A stretch of DNA of 64,000 nucleotides from NCBI GenBank assembly GCA_043778785.1, contig JAYWFN010000283.1, positions 18,060-82,059 on the forward strand, read 5' to 3'. The position numbers were made by a program, and so were the translations under genes. This document shows positions 54,446 through 63,892 of this stretch, piece by piece. Source of the stretch: Sphingomonas sp. (lineage in GTDB: Bacteria; Pseudomonadota; Alphaproteobacteria; Sphingomonadales; Sphingomonadaceae). Position 1 is the stretch's first letter. Each line of letters opens with the position of its first letter. Under the pieces are notes generated by a model, which made no database searches, was not told the DNA's origin, and saw only the letters and a list, made by a program, of their open reading frames with translations.

Positions 54446-57155
54446 AGAAATGCGGGGCGACCACGCGGACACGCGCCGATTGCCCGCGCGTCGGCGATGT
54501 CGCGATCAGTTCCTCGCCCGCCCGCGCGAAACCGCCTTCGAGTTGAGCGAGCGCGATAGCGCCACCGTCGATGATGCGGAACGCAGCGGCGCTGACATGG
54601 CCGCAGGGTAACTGGCCGTCGCGGGTGATCAGCATCGCGCCTTCGGGGATGATGCCTTCAGTCGCTTCGAGCCCGACGAGTTGACGACGCCCGCTCGCCG
54701 ACAGCGCAGGACGCGACAAACCCGATGCGCCGATGAATCCACCCGCTTTGTTCAGCATTTTATCGAGCGCGAGATCATGCGGGGTCAACCGCCCGTCAAT
54801 TTCGCCACCGACGACCAGATGCCCTTTCTCGATACGAAGGAATTCCATAGCTTCCATGCCGTAAAGGCACCCGCCATTTGCCGTGACCGCCTGTTCGAGT
54901 GCCGCCCACACGGGCGTGGCCTGTGTTGCCTCGACGTAGATTTCGAACGCGCGCTCGCCGCTGTAGCTGGCCGCAAGGACAAGCACCGGCGCGCCGGCGA
55001 TTGTCGCCGGGACAGTCGACATATGGCGCGGCGGTTCTTCGCCGGTCACCGCCGCCAGCGCCGCCTTGGCATTCGGCCCCGCCACGGCAATTCCGGCATA
55101 ATGCTCCTGAACATTGACCGCCGAGACGCGCAGATGCGGACAAAGATACTGGCGGACGTAGGAGATATGCGTCGCCATCCGGTCCGCGCCGCCCGTTGAA
55201 CTGGTGAGCAGATAACGGTTGTCGCCGACGCGCCAGACGGTGCCATCATCGAACATGAACCCGTCTTCGCGCAGCATGAAGGTATAACGCCCGCGCCCGA
55301 CGGCGAGCTTGTTGACTGTCGTCGCGCAAATGATTTCGAGGAAAGCCGCTGCATCGGGGCCGCTCACCTCAAACTTGGCGAGCGTCGAGACGTCGGTCAT
55401 CCCGACATTGCTGCGCACAGCGCGGGCTTCGCGCAGCGCCGCCTCGGCCAGCGTTTCGGTCCCCTGCGGATAAGCGCGCGGACGGAACCAGTAACCGAGC
55501 GGCTGCCAGATCGGGCCATGCACCTGATGCGCGTCATAGAGCGCGAGCCGCCGGACCGGTGCGCCGCCATCCTTTGCGCCTGCGCCAGCGAGCAGGCCCA
55601 TCGTGACGGGCGTGTATGGCGGACGGAAGGTCGTCAGCCCGGCCTCGGGAATTGCGACGCCCTGCTTCTCGGCAAGTCGGCCAAGTGCCGCCATATTGCT
55701 CAGCTTGCCCTGATCGGTCGCCATGCCGAGCGTCGTGTAGCGCTTCAGATGCTCGACCGAGCGATACCCCTCTGCCCATGCCAGATCGACATCGGCGAGC
55801 GTCACGTCATTCTGGAAATCGATGAAGGATTTGCGCGCGTCGCCCGCAGGAGGCGTGGTAAAGACCGGATCGGGCGCCGCCGCCCCGCCAATCGTCTGCA
55901 CCGATTGTAGCGATGCACCGGCGACGAAAGCCTGTGCCGCGTCATCCCAATCGAGCGCGCCGCCCGCTTGCATGTGGAGGTGGACGACAGGTGTAAAACC
56001 GCCCGAGACTGCGAGCAAATCTGCAGCCCAGCTTTTGGTTTCGGTCCCGACCTTCGCGGTGACGCTTGCCAGATGGTGGCGCGTGCCTTTGGTCGAAAGC
56101 GGGACGGCATTATTGAGGACATTGAACTGTCGCCGGGCAGACGCGCCCGCAGGCGATGGCCGCGCGTCGAGGATCGCTACGATCCCCGCCCCGGCTTCGA
56201 CAAGCGCATGCGCAGTGCGATAGCCATCGTCGTTGTTCGTCGCGATCACCACGCGGGTGCCGGGCAGCACACCGAACCGCTGAACATAGGTGCGCGCGGC
56301 CTGGGCGAGCATGACACCGGGACGGTCGTTGTGGGCAAACGCAACGGGGCGTTCGATGCTGCCGGTCGCGAGGATCACGTGCCCCGCCCGGACATGCCAC
56401 AGGCGCTGGGCAACACCGTGCGGTGGGACTTGCCCGGGCTCGACGATCCGTTCGGTGAGCGTCAGGAAATTATGATCCCAATAGCCCGATGCCGTCGTGC
56501 GCATCAGGATGCGGCCCTCGGCGGCACGGATACGCGCAGCCGTGGCGTCGATCCACGCGGCGTCGAGTTCCTGCGGATCGCGGATCAGCGACGCGCCGAG
56601 AATGCGGTCCTGCTCGACAAGGATCACGCGCTTGCCTGCCTCGGCTGCTTCGAGTGCGGCTGCCAGACCGGCAGGGCCGCCGCCGACCACGAGCACATCG
56701 CAAAACGCGGCGCGCTGGGCAAAGTGATCGGGGTCCGCCTCGGTCGGCGCTTTACCCAATCCGGCGGCTTTGCGGATGAAATATTCGTAGATCATCCAGC
56801 GTTTGGCAGGGCCGAAAAAAGTTTTGTAGTAAAAACCGGCAGATAAGAAGCGCGACGCAAGACCGAATATTGCGCCCGCATCGAAGGCCAGATTGGGCCA
56901 GCGGTTCTGGCTTTTGGCGACCAACCCCTCATAGATAAATACATCGGTTGTGCGGGTATTGGGTTCGCTGCGACCGCCGACGCCCACCGTGACGAGCGCA
57001 TTGGGCTCCTCGATCCCCGCCGTCATGATTCCGCGCGGACGATGATATTTGAAGCTGCGCCCGACAAGGCCAATGCCGTTGCGCAAGAGCGCTGCGGCGA
57101 GCGTGTCGCCTTCGCGCGCCTGATAGGATTTGCCGTCAAACGTGAACCCGATCAT
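54414..57155 (-). CDS. soxA: Sarcosine oxidase alpha subunit
   Basis: Has FTFDGKSYQAREGDTLAAALLRNG, the NAD/FAD fold DVLVVGGGPAGLAAALEAA, and a C-terminal GcvT-like folate domain. The ATG at 57155 forms an ATGA overlap with soxD. Confidence 0.9.
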   Translation of the reverse strand: MIGFTFDGKSYQAREGDTLAAALLRNGIGLVGRSFKYHRPRGIMTAGIEEPNALVTVGVGGRSEPNTRTTDVFIYEGLVAKSQNRWPNLAFDAGAIFGLASRFLSAGFYYKTFFGPAKRWMIYEYFIRKAAGLGKAPTEADPDHFAQRAAFCDVLVVGGGPAGLAAALEAAEAGKRVILVEQDRILGASLIRDPQELDAAWIDATAARIRAAEGRILMRTTASGYWDHNFLTLTERIVEPGQVPPHGVAQRLWHVRAGHVILATGSIERPVAFAHNDRPGVMLAQAARTYVQRFGVLPGTRVVIATNNDDGYRTAHALVEAGAGIVAILDARPSPAGASARRQFNVLNNAVPLSTKGTRHHLASVTAKVGTETKSWAADLLAVSGGFTPVVHLHMQAGGALDWDDAAQAFVAGASLQSVQTIGGAAAPDPVFTTPPAGDARKSFIDFQNDVTLADVDLAWAEGYRSVEHLKRYTTLGMATDQGKLSNMAALGRLAEKQGVAIPEAGLTTFRPPYTPVTMGLLAGAGAKDGGAPVRRLALYDAHQVHGPIWQPLGYWFRPRAYPQGTETLAEAALREARAVRSNVGMTDVSTLAKFEVSGPDAAAFLEIICATTVNKLAVGRGRYTFMLREDGFMFDDGTVWRVGDNRYLLTSSTGGADRMATHISYVRQYLCPHLRVSAVNVQEHYAGIAVAGPNAKAALAAVTGEEPPRHMSTVPATIAGAPVLVLAASYSGERAFEIYVEATQATPVWAALEQAVTANGGCLYGMEAMEFLRIEKGHLVVGGEIDGRLTPHDLALDKMLNKAGGFIGASGLSRPALSASGRRQLVGLEATEGIIPEGAMLITRDGQLPCGHVSAAAFRIIDGGAIALAQLEGGFARAGEELIATSPTRGQSARVRVVAPHFYDSVGARYRD

Positions 57156-57415
57156 GGCAGCGCTTCCGGCCCGACGGCGCGGACAGCTTCGATGACATGC
57201 GTGACCCGGTGGCGCGTCAGGACCATCCACGCGCGGCAGCCGAATGTGTGGCGCCAGATCTCGTCATCCAGCCCGCGCGGGTTGGCACGGCTGAACAATA
57301 TGGCCATGGTGTCGTCGGACGACGCATCGAGCGTCACGACTGAATCCACCGTGCGTTCGTACGTGAACTCACCTTGCGCGCGCGGGCCGCAATGGGGGCA
57401 GGTGATCTGCATCAT
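57152..57415 (-). CDS. soxD: Sarcosine oxidase delta subunit
   Basis: 87 aa. MMQITCPHCGPRAQGEFTYE ... WRHTFGCRAWM matches the Cys3His zinc pattern of SoxD. Confidence 0.88.
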   Translation of the reverse strand: MMQITCPHCGPRAQGEFTYERTVDSVVTLDASSDDTMAILFSRANPRGLDDEIWRHTFGCRAWMVLTRHRVTHVIEAVRAVGPEALP

Positions 57416-57430
57416 GTCAGCGCCCCGCCT

Positions 57431-58687
57431 TCATCGACTATTCGGCATCGGGCCGGTGCCGGTTTCGTCGATGGTGGCACCACTGGTAAAGCGATCCAGC
57501 GCAAAAGGCGCGTTCAAGCCGTGCGGCTTTCCCGTTGCGAGCGTGTGGGCATAGGTCCAGCCCGACGCCGGTGTCGCCTTGAACCCGCCATAGCACCAGC
57601 CGCCGTTGAGATAGAGATTCCGGACGGGGGTTTCGCCAATGATCGGCGCGCCGTCAAAACTCATGTCAGTTACGCCTGACCAAGTCCGCACCATGCGCAG
57701 GCGCGAGAGCGCGGGCACGAGCATGACTCCTTGCGCAATGGCCTGTTCCATCACCACCGGATTGCCGCGCTGGGCATAGCTCGGCCAGTTGTCGGGATCG
57801 CCGCCAAAGACGATGCCGCCCTTGTCCGACTGGCTGATGTAACAATGGACCGATTGCGACATGATCACGCTGTTGATCATCGGCTTGACGCCTTCGGTGA
57901 CCATCGCCTGCAAGGTTTGCGATTCCACCGGCAGCTTGAGCCCGGCAAGCCCCGCGACATGGCCGCTGTTCCCCGCCACGCAAATGCCGACGCGACCCGC
58001 GCCGATCCGCCCGCGCGTGGTTTCAACCCCGACGACCGCATCACCATCGCGCACAAATCCGGTGACTTCGCATTTCTGGATGATGTCGACGCCCAGACTG
58101 TCGGCTGCACGCGCATAGCCCCAGGCGACAGCATCATGACGCGCCGTCCCGCCCCGCCGCTGGATCAGCCCCCCCTCAATCGGGAAACGCGCGGTGCGCG
58201 ACATGTCGAGCAGCGGTTCGAGTTTTGCGACCTCATCGCGCGTCATCAGGTCGGCGTCGATCCCGCTGCACCGCATTGCATCACCGCGCTCGGCAAGTTT
58301 GGTCATGTCGGCATCCGAGTGCCCGAGAAACACCGCCCCGCGCGGGCTGAACATGACGTTGTAGTTCAGTTCGTCGCTGAGGTTTTCCCACAGCTTCAAG
58401 CCGAATTCGAACAATGTGTGGAGCGGTGCCAGGCGGTAATTCGACCGGACAATCGTCGTGTTGCGCCCGGTGTTGCCGCCGCCGATCCAGCCCTTTTCCA
58501 GCACTGCGATGTTGCGGATGCCGTGGACCTTGGCGAGGTAATAAGCCGTGGCAAGGCCATGTCCGCCACCGCCGATGATGATGATGTCGTAACTGGCCCT
58601 TGATTCGGGGTCACGCCACGCGGGTTGCCAATGCTTGTTGCCCCCGAATGCGCCGCGGATCAGCCCAAGTGCCGAATAGCGGTTCAT
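57431..58687 (-). CDS. soxB: Sarcosine oxidase beta subunit
   Basis: MNRYSALGLIRGAFGGNKHWQPAW...YDIIIIGGGGHGLATAYYLAK. The ATG at 58687 forms an ATGA overlap with the upstream gene. Confidence 0.9.
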   Translation of the reverse strand: MNRYSALGLIRGAFGGNKHWQPAWRDPESRASYDIIIIGGGGHGLATAYYLAKVHGIRNIAVLEKGWIGGGNTGRNTTIVRSNYRLAPLHTLFEFGLKLWENLSDELNYNVMFSPRGAVFLGHSDADMTKLAERGDAMRCSGIDADLMTRDEVAKLEPLLDMSRTARFPIEGGLIQRRGGTARHDAVAWGYARAADSLGVDIIQKCEVTGFVRDGDAVVGVETTRGRIGAGRVGICVAGNSGHVAGLAGLKLPVESQTLQAMVTEGVKPMINSVIMSQSVHCYISQSDKGGIVFGGDPDNWPSYAQRGNPVVMEQAIAQGVMLVPALSRLRMVRTWSGVTDMSFDGAPIIGETPVRNLYLNGGWCYGGFKATPASGWTYAHTLATGKPHGLNAPFALDRFTSGATIDETGTGPMPNSR

Positions 58688-59820
58688 GAAATCGGCAGCC
58701 ACCCGCGCTTTTCACGCCAATCGGCCTCAAGTCCGGCGAAACGCGAAAGCCCGAGAATGCCGATGTCAGCGAACGAACATGCCCCGTCGAGTACAAGGTC
58801 GCGGATGGCATGGCCCGATGCGGGCGACAGACCAAAGCCGACACCCGACATTGTTGCCACGACAACATTGTCGGGGCTGGCCAGCCGGTCGATGATCGGA
58901 CGACCATCGGGCGTGTTCTCGATGACCCCGGCCCAGCTGCGAATGACGTTCAGATGCGCGGCTTTTGGCAGAAGTTCGGCAAGGCGCGACGCGAGATTGC
59001 GCATCAGCGGCGTCGAGGGCCGCGCGGCTGGCCCTGCCTCGTCAATATCAATCCATTCATGCGGACCGCCACCATATGCCAGATTGCCCCTTTGCGTCTG
59101 GCGACCGTAAAGTTTGTGCCCGTCGACGCCGCCAATCGGCATCATCGGCGCGGGTTCGGTGATGATCATTTCGGCGCGCGCGGCGGCAAGGGGGATGTCA
59201 ACGCCGAGCTGGGCGGTCAGCTTGTCGGTCTGCGGCCCTGCGGCGATCACCAGCGAATCGCATCCATATGTCGCCTGGGCAGTGTTGACCGCCGTCACTT
59301 TGCCGCCTGCCGTCTCGAACCCTGTCACCGCGCTATGCTGGACAATCGTCCCGCCGAGATCCTGCAGCGCCCAGGCATAGGCCTGCACGGTGCGTTGCGG
59401 ATTGGCATGGCCGCCGAACCGGTAATGCACACCGCCGAAACATGTATCCCCGGCCAGCGGCACGGCTTCCTGCACCTGTTTGACGTCGAGAAGATCGACC
59501 GGATGACCGAGACGGTTGTGCCGTTCGGCAACGAAGCGATATTGCTCCCACTGCCGTTCGGTCATGGCAATGATGATGCGTTCGCGGCAGTGTTCGGTCG
59601 GATAGCCGAGGAGATCGTCCATCTGCGGCCACAACCGGTGCTCTTCGTCAAACAGCGGACTTTGATAATGCGAAGCACCGCCGCCGTTGCGACCCGATGC
59701 TTCCCATCCGACAATGCCTTTATCGAGCACAGTGACTTTCACGCCCGAGCGCGCGAGCCACCAGCCCGCGCTAAGCCCGGTTACGCCGCCACCAACAATG
59801 ACCACTTCCGCGCCGCTCAT
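58684..59820 (-). CDS. FAD-dependent oxidoreductase (DAO family), opine oxidase subunit B / HcnC-like
   Basis: 378 aa. Has MSGAEVVIVGGGVTGLSAGWWLARSGVKVTVLDKG...EASGRNGGG. ATGA overlaps at both ends. Confidence 0.75.
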   Translation of the reverse strand: MSGAEVVIVGGGVTGLSAGWWLARSGVKVTVLDKGIVGWEASGRNGGGASHYQSPLFDEEHRLWPQMDDLLGYPTEHCRERIIIAMTERQWEQYRFVAERHNRLGHPVDLLDVKQVQEAVPLAGDTCFGGVHYRFGGHANPQRTVQAYAWALQDLGGTIVQHSAVTGFETAGGKVTAVNTAQATYGCDSLVIAAGPQTDKLTAQLGVDIPLAAARAEMIITEPAPMMPIGGVDGHKLYGRQTQRGNLAYGGGPHEWIDIDEAGPAARPSTPLMRNLASRLAELLPKAAHLNVIRSWAGVIENTPDGRPIIDRLASPDNVVVATMSGVGFGLSPASGHAIRDLVLDGACSFADIGILGLSRFAGLEADWREKRGWLPIS

Positions 59821-61280
59821 TCGTACATGCCGGTATAGAGCATCTGGCGGTGTTCATCCTCATGCACGGTGCCAAGATCTTGCACCGGCACCCACTGCGT
59901 TGGAATGCCAAACCAGACGTCCCAAGCCACCGTCATCGCGTCGCTTTCATGCCAGTCAGCGAGGATCTTGAGCGGCAGCGGGCGAACCGGCGCGCGGTGG
60001 CTGGCAAGCGGGATCGTGCCGAATGGCTGATCTGCTTCGATCGCGAGCAACATCGCCACTTGATCGCGGCAGCGGCGCCCCTGACACACACCCATCCCGG
60101 CACGCGTCAGGCGCTTGATCTGGTCGGGATGCGGCGGGCCATCGGCAATCAGCGTGTCGAGCGACCGCGCACACATCGCCGGTGGCCGCGCGAGATAATT
60201 TGGCGGCTGGACACCGATAAGGTCAGCACGGGTAACCTCTTCGCACTGGCAGATGATCGTGTCGGGCGCACTGATGGCGGCGAGCGACCGCATCCAGTCC
60301 ATCCGATAGGCGATATGGTCAAAGCCCGTGTCGGTCAGCCCGGCGCAATCACCGATGGCAGTCACAGTCGGTTCGCCTGCGGGGATGTAGCCGCCGCGGG
60401 TCGCATGCAAGGCGCGCGGGCCGTGCATCGCATCGACCAGCTCGATGGCAGGGACAAGGCCAATCGCAACACAGATGCAGTCGCAGACAATTTCTTCGCC
60501 CGACGACAATATGGCACTTTCGACGCCATCGATTCCGCCCTGCGCAATAGTGATCGTCTGCCCGCAGCGAATTTTTATCCCTGCTCCCTCTACTCTGGCG
60601 ATCAGATCGGCACTGCCCTGCGGTGCGTCTCGCACTTCGATCAGCCCGGCAACTTCAATGCCGCGCTCATGCGCCAGCAGCGCCGTTTCCAGCGCCAGAT
60701 CATGCGATCCCAGCACCAGCACCCGCCGCCCCGCAAACGCATCGTAGCGCGTCAGCAACATTTGCAGCGCCGCCGCGCCCATTACGCCGGGCTGGTTCCA
60801 GCCCGGAAAGGCCATCGCCAGATCACGCGCGCCGGTCGCCAGCACCAGTCTGTCGAAACCGACCAGCCACGACCGCTCGGCATCGGCCAGTCCGACGACT
60901 TGTTCGGGCAAGCTCGCGACGCCCGGCCCGTTGCGATAGACACCCCATGCCGAGGTGCCGAGCAGCAGTTCGACACCGGCCTCCATGGCCGTTTCCAGCG
61001 CGGGCATCGACATGAAAATCGCTTCGAGCATCCGGTCGCTATTCTGTGTCGCTGCCGTCATCCGGCCTCCAAAATAGAGCGGGACGTCATTGCCCATCAG
61101 CGCGCCCGACACCGGGTTTTCATCGACCAGCAGCACTGATGCACCGGTTTTGGCAGCGTCGATGGCCGCAGCGACACCGCTCGGTCCCGCACCGATGACG
61201 ACGAGATCATAATGCGCTTCCGCCGCACTGCGTGTGCCGTTGATGGCGCAAACATCGGTTCCCGTGAAATTCAGTTCCAT
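59817..61280 (-). CDS. FAD/NAD(P)-binding oxidoreductase with BFD-like [2Fe-2S] domain, opine oxidase subunit A / HcnB-like
   Basis: Has YDLVVIGAGPSGVAAAIDAAKTG, ICQCEEVTRADLIG and TRAGMGVCQGRRC. The ATG at 61280 overlaps the upstream TGA (TGATG); a GTG at 61283 is also possible. Confidence 0.75.
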   Translation of the reverse strand: MELNFTGTDVCAINGTRSAAEAHYDLVVIGAGPSGVAAAIDAAKTGASVLLVDENPVSGALMGNDVPLYFGGRMTAATQNSDRMLEAIFMSMPALETAMEAGVELLLGTSAWGVYRNGPGVASLPEQVVGLADAERSWLVGFDRLVLATGARDLAMAFPGWNQPGVMGAAALQMLLTRYDAFAGRRVLVLGSHDLALETALLAHERGIEVAGLIEVRDAPQGSADLIARVEGAGIKIRCGQTITIAQGGIDGVESAILSSGEEIVCDCICVAIGLVPAIELVDAMHGPRALHATRGGYIPAGEPTVTAIGDCAGLTDTGFDHIAYRMDWMRSLAAISAPDTIICQCEEVTRADLIGVQPPNYLARPPAMCARSLDTLIADGPPHPDQIKRLTRAGMGVCQGRRCRDQVAMLLAIEADQPFGTIPLASHRAPVRPLPLKILADWHESDAMTVAWDVWFGIPTQWVPVQDLGTVHEDEHRQMLYTGMYE

Positions 61281-62539
61281 CACACTGCATCCAACGCCTG
61301 AGTGAGATCCGCAATAAGATCGTCGACATGTTCGAGCCCGACCGACAACCGGATCGTGCCGCCGGTAATCCCGCCTGCCCGCCGCTGTTCGGGGGCGACG
61401 GCATAATGAGTGGTGCTCGCCGAATGACAGATCAAAGTCTCCGACCCGCCAAGACTGACGGCCATTTTCATCAGCTGCAACTTATCGAGCATCCGGAATG
61501 CTTCGGCCTCGCCGCCGTGGAGGTGGAACGAAAAGGTCGATCCCGCCGCACGGCACTGCTGGTCATAAACCGCGCGTTGCCGCGTCCCCTCGGCAAGGAA
61601 ACCGAGATAGGTGACGCCCGCAACTTTAGGATGATCGCGCAGATATTCGGCAACGCTGCGCGCATTGCTCATTGCCCGTTCCGACCGGACATGGACGGAC
61701 TCAAGCGAGCGCATCACGAGCCATGACGTATAGGGATCGAGGTGATTGCCCCATGTCGTGCGCTGTGTGCGGAGCAGATCGATCAAGTCCTTGCGCCCGC
61801 TGATCCCGCCCGCCAGCAAATCGCTGTGCCCCCCGCAATATTTGGTGAGCGAGGTCATGCAAAGATCAACGCCAAGGTCGAGCGGACGTTGCGCAAACGG
61901 TCCGAGCAGTGTGTTGTCGACGACGACATGCGGGCGACGCCCCTGCTGCGCGCCGACTTCGTCCGCGATCCGCACCATCAACGCCAGATCGACAATCGCC
62001 GCCGTCGGGTTGGCCGGGGTTTCGGCAATGATCAGCGCGAGCGGCCCCTGCGCCATTGCCGCTTTCGCCGCCGACCGGACATCATCCTCGTCAGTGCCAT
62101 CGATATAGGCCGTCGCGTGCGATCCGAATTGCGGCATGATGCTGTTGTAAAGCATGTCTACGCCGCCATAGATTGGCCGTCCGTGGATGACGCTGTCACC
62201 GGGCCGGACAAAGGCGAGCGCAATCGAAGAGTGCGCCGCCATGCCGCTGCTGTAAGCGACAGCTGCTTCGCCACCATCAATTGCGGCCAGTCGCGCCTCA
62301 AGAAAATCGAGACCCGGATGGCCCAGCCGCGAATAGATATGATGACTTTGGCCGACGGCCGGGCCGGTGCCGTCGAAAAAGGCTTCGTGAACGTCCTTGG
62401 CTGCTTGCGCCGAGGGATAGACGAACGTCGAGGTCATGAAAATCGGTGGCTTTACCGAACCCATGCCCATTGCAGGGTCATAGCCGTGGCTGACGGCGAG
62501 GGTTTCGGGGCGCATGCCCTTTGGCGGATCAATCGACAT
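61280..62539 (-). CDS. Cys/Met-metabolism PLP-dependent enzyme (cystathionine gamma-synthase / methionine gamma-lyase family)
   Basis: Has PPIFMTSTFVY, YSRLGHPGLDFLEARLAAIDGGEAAVAYSSGMAA and the PLP-lysine motif SLTKYCGGHSD. I chose the start at MSIDPPKG (62539), which overlaps the upstream gene by 11 nt. Confidence 0.8.
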   Translation of the reverse strand: MSIDPPKGMRPETLAVSHGYDPAMGMGSVKPPIFMTSTFVYPSAQAAKDVHEAFFDGTGPAVGQSHHIYSRLGHPGLDFLEARLAAIDGGEAAVAYSSGMAAHSSIALAFVRPGDSVIHGRPIYGGVDMLYNSIMPQFGSHATAYIDGTDEDDVRSAAKAAMAQGPLALIIAETPANPTAAIVDLALMVRIADEVGAQQGRRPHVVVDNTLLGPFAQRPLDLGVDLCMTSLTKYCGGHSDLLAGGISGRKDLIDLLRTQRTTWGNHLDPYTSWLVMRSLESVHVRSERAMSNARSVAEYLRDHPKVAGVTYLGFLAEGTRQRAVYDQQCRAAGSTFSFHLHGGEAEAFRMLDKLQLMKMAVSLGGSETLICHSASTTHYAVAPEQRRAGGITGGTIRLSVGLEHVDDLIADLTQALDAV

Positions 62540-63737
62540 TGGCATCAAGATAAGCGCGGCCCTTGTCGCAATACCAGTCGACAAAGCGCTGCGCGAGCAT
62601 TTCGGCATCCTGCGAATAGGGACCGGGCGTATAGCCAAGGCTGTTCACACCAAGCTGGTTATTCTCGGCCAGCGCTTTGTCTTGCAAATTGGTCCGCGTC
62701 CAAAGCTCGGTCAGCGTGTCGACGTCATAATCGACGCCTTCGACGGCGTCCTTGTGGACAAGCCATTTGCCGATGACGTGCGTTTCGTTGGGGCCGACGG
62801 GCATCGCGCTGAACATGAACACATGGTCGCCGGTCGCATGGGCAAAGCAATGGGGGTCCAGCGCCCAGCGCATCGACCCGATGTCACCGTTATTGGCGTC
62901 GCACATCAGCTTGTCGACGACGCGTTTTCCGTCCATAGATATCGACACACTGCCTTCGTTCAGGCGAAAGCGGGCAAGTTGCCACCAGCTTCCTTCAACA
63001 GGGTCAAGCTCGAGATCATGTTCGGCCATCGTGGTTTCGAATGTTTTGGCAAGAACGTCCTCGCCGAAGTCGAAATGCTTCGACATGCCGACCGGAAACG
63101 TCGCAGCGAGTTCGGGGTGCCCGGTGCCGCAATGATAACATTCGCGGGCGTTTTCCATCACCAGCTTCCAGTTGGCGTTTTCAACCAGCACGCTTTCGAA
63201 CGCAACTTTCGCATCCTTGAAGTTGTGCGGTTCGGCAAAGGCCGTCATGCGGGCCCGAAACTCGTCGAATTCGGGTGGGCTGTCGGCAAGGCAGATAAAC
63301 ATCACACCCGCCACGATTTCCAGCGCAACCGACTTCAGACCATGATCGGATTTCTCAAAATCATCGGGCATGCGCCCGGCGGAAAAAAGCGATCCGTCAA
63401 GATTGTAGGTCCAGCGATGATAGGGACAGACCAGCTTGGGCACTGATCCACTCCCCGGTGTGCACAGCATCGATCCGCGGTGTCGGCAGCTGTTGTGGAA
63501 AGCGCGGATGTCGCCGGCCCGGTCACGAACAATGATCACCGGCCATTTGCCGATCATCATCGCCAGATAACTGCCCGGTTTGGGCAATTCGACTTCGAAA
63601 CCAGCCATCAGCCAGCTGGTCGCGTAGATCGCATCCATATCGAATGCGAAAGCGGCCGGATCATTATAGAGCGCTTGCGGCAAACTATGCCCCGCCCGAC
63701 GCGCATCAAAACTGTCGCGAATCTGGCCTAAATTCAT
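62529..63737 (-). CDS. Rieske [2Fe-2S] non-heme-iron oxygenase, alpha-subunit-type (paralog 2); first gene of the long sox-containing operon
   Basis: 402 aa. Has CRHRGSMLC...CPYHRWTY and ECYHCGTGHPEL, the same architecture as 31755-33005. Confidence 0.85.
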   Translation of the reverse strand: MNLGQIRDSFDARRAGHSLPQALYNDPAAFAFDMDAIYATSWLMAGFEVELPKPGSYLAMMIGKWPVIIVRDRAGDIRAFHNSCRHRGSMLCTPGSGSVPKLVCPYHRWTYNLDGSLFSAGRMPDDFEKSDHGLKSVALEIVAGVMFICLADSPPEFDEFRARMTAFAEPHNFKDAKVAFESVLVENANWKLVMENARECYHCGTGHPELAATFPVGMSKHFDFGEDVLAKTFETTMAEHDLELDPVEGSWWQLARFRLNEGSVSISMDGKRVVDKLMCDANNGDIGSMRWALDPHCFAHATGDHVFMFSAMPVGPNETHVIGKWLVHKDAVEGVDYDVDTLTELWTRTNLQDKALAENNQLGVNSLGYTPGPYSQDAEMLAQRFVDWYCDKGRAYLDANVD

Positions 63738-63892
63738 TAATACGCCCCTGCCGGTATCCCTAAGACCCGAAGGGATGGACGATGATCAATCGGGCGAACA
63801 ATCCCATTTTCTGATAACCCCATGTCAAATTGCGACGCCAGAGCGGATAGCCTCTTGCGTCGATTGGCGATGGCTTGGATTATGCACGCCAA

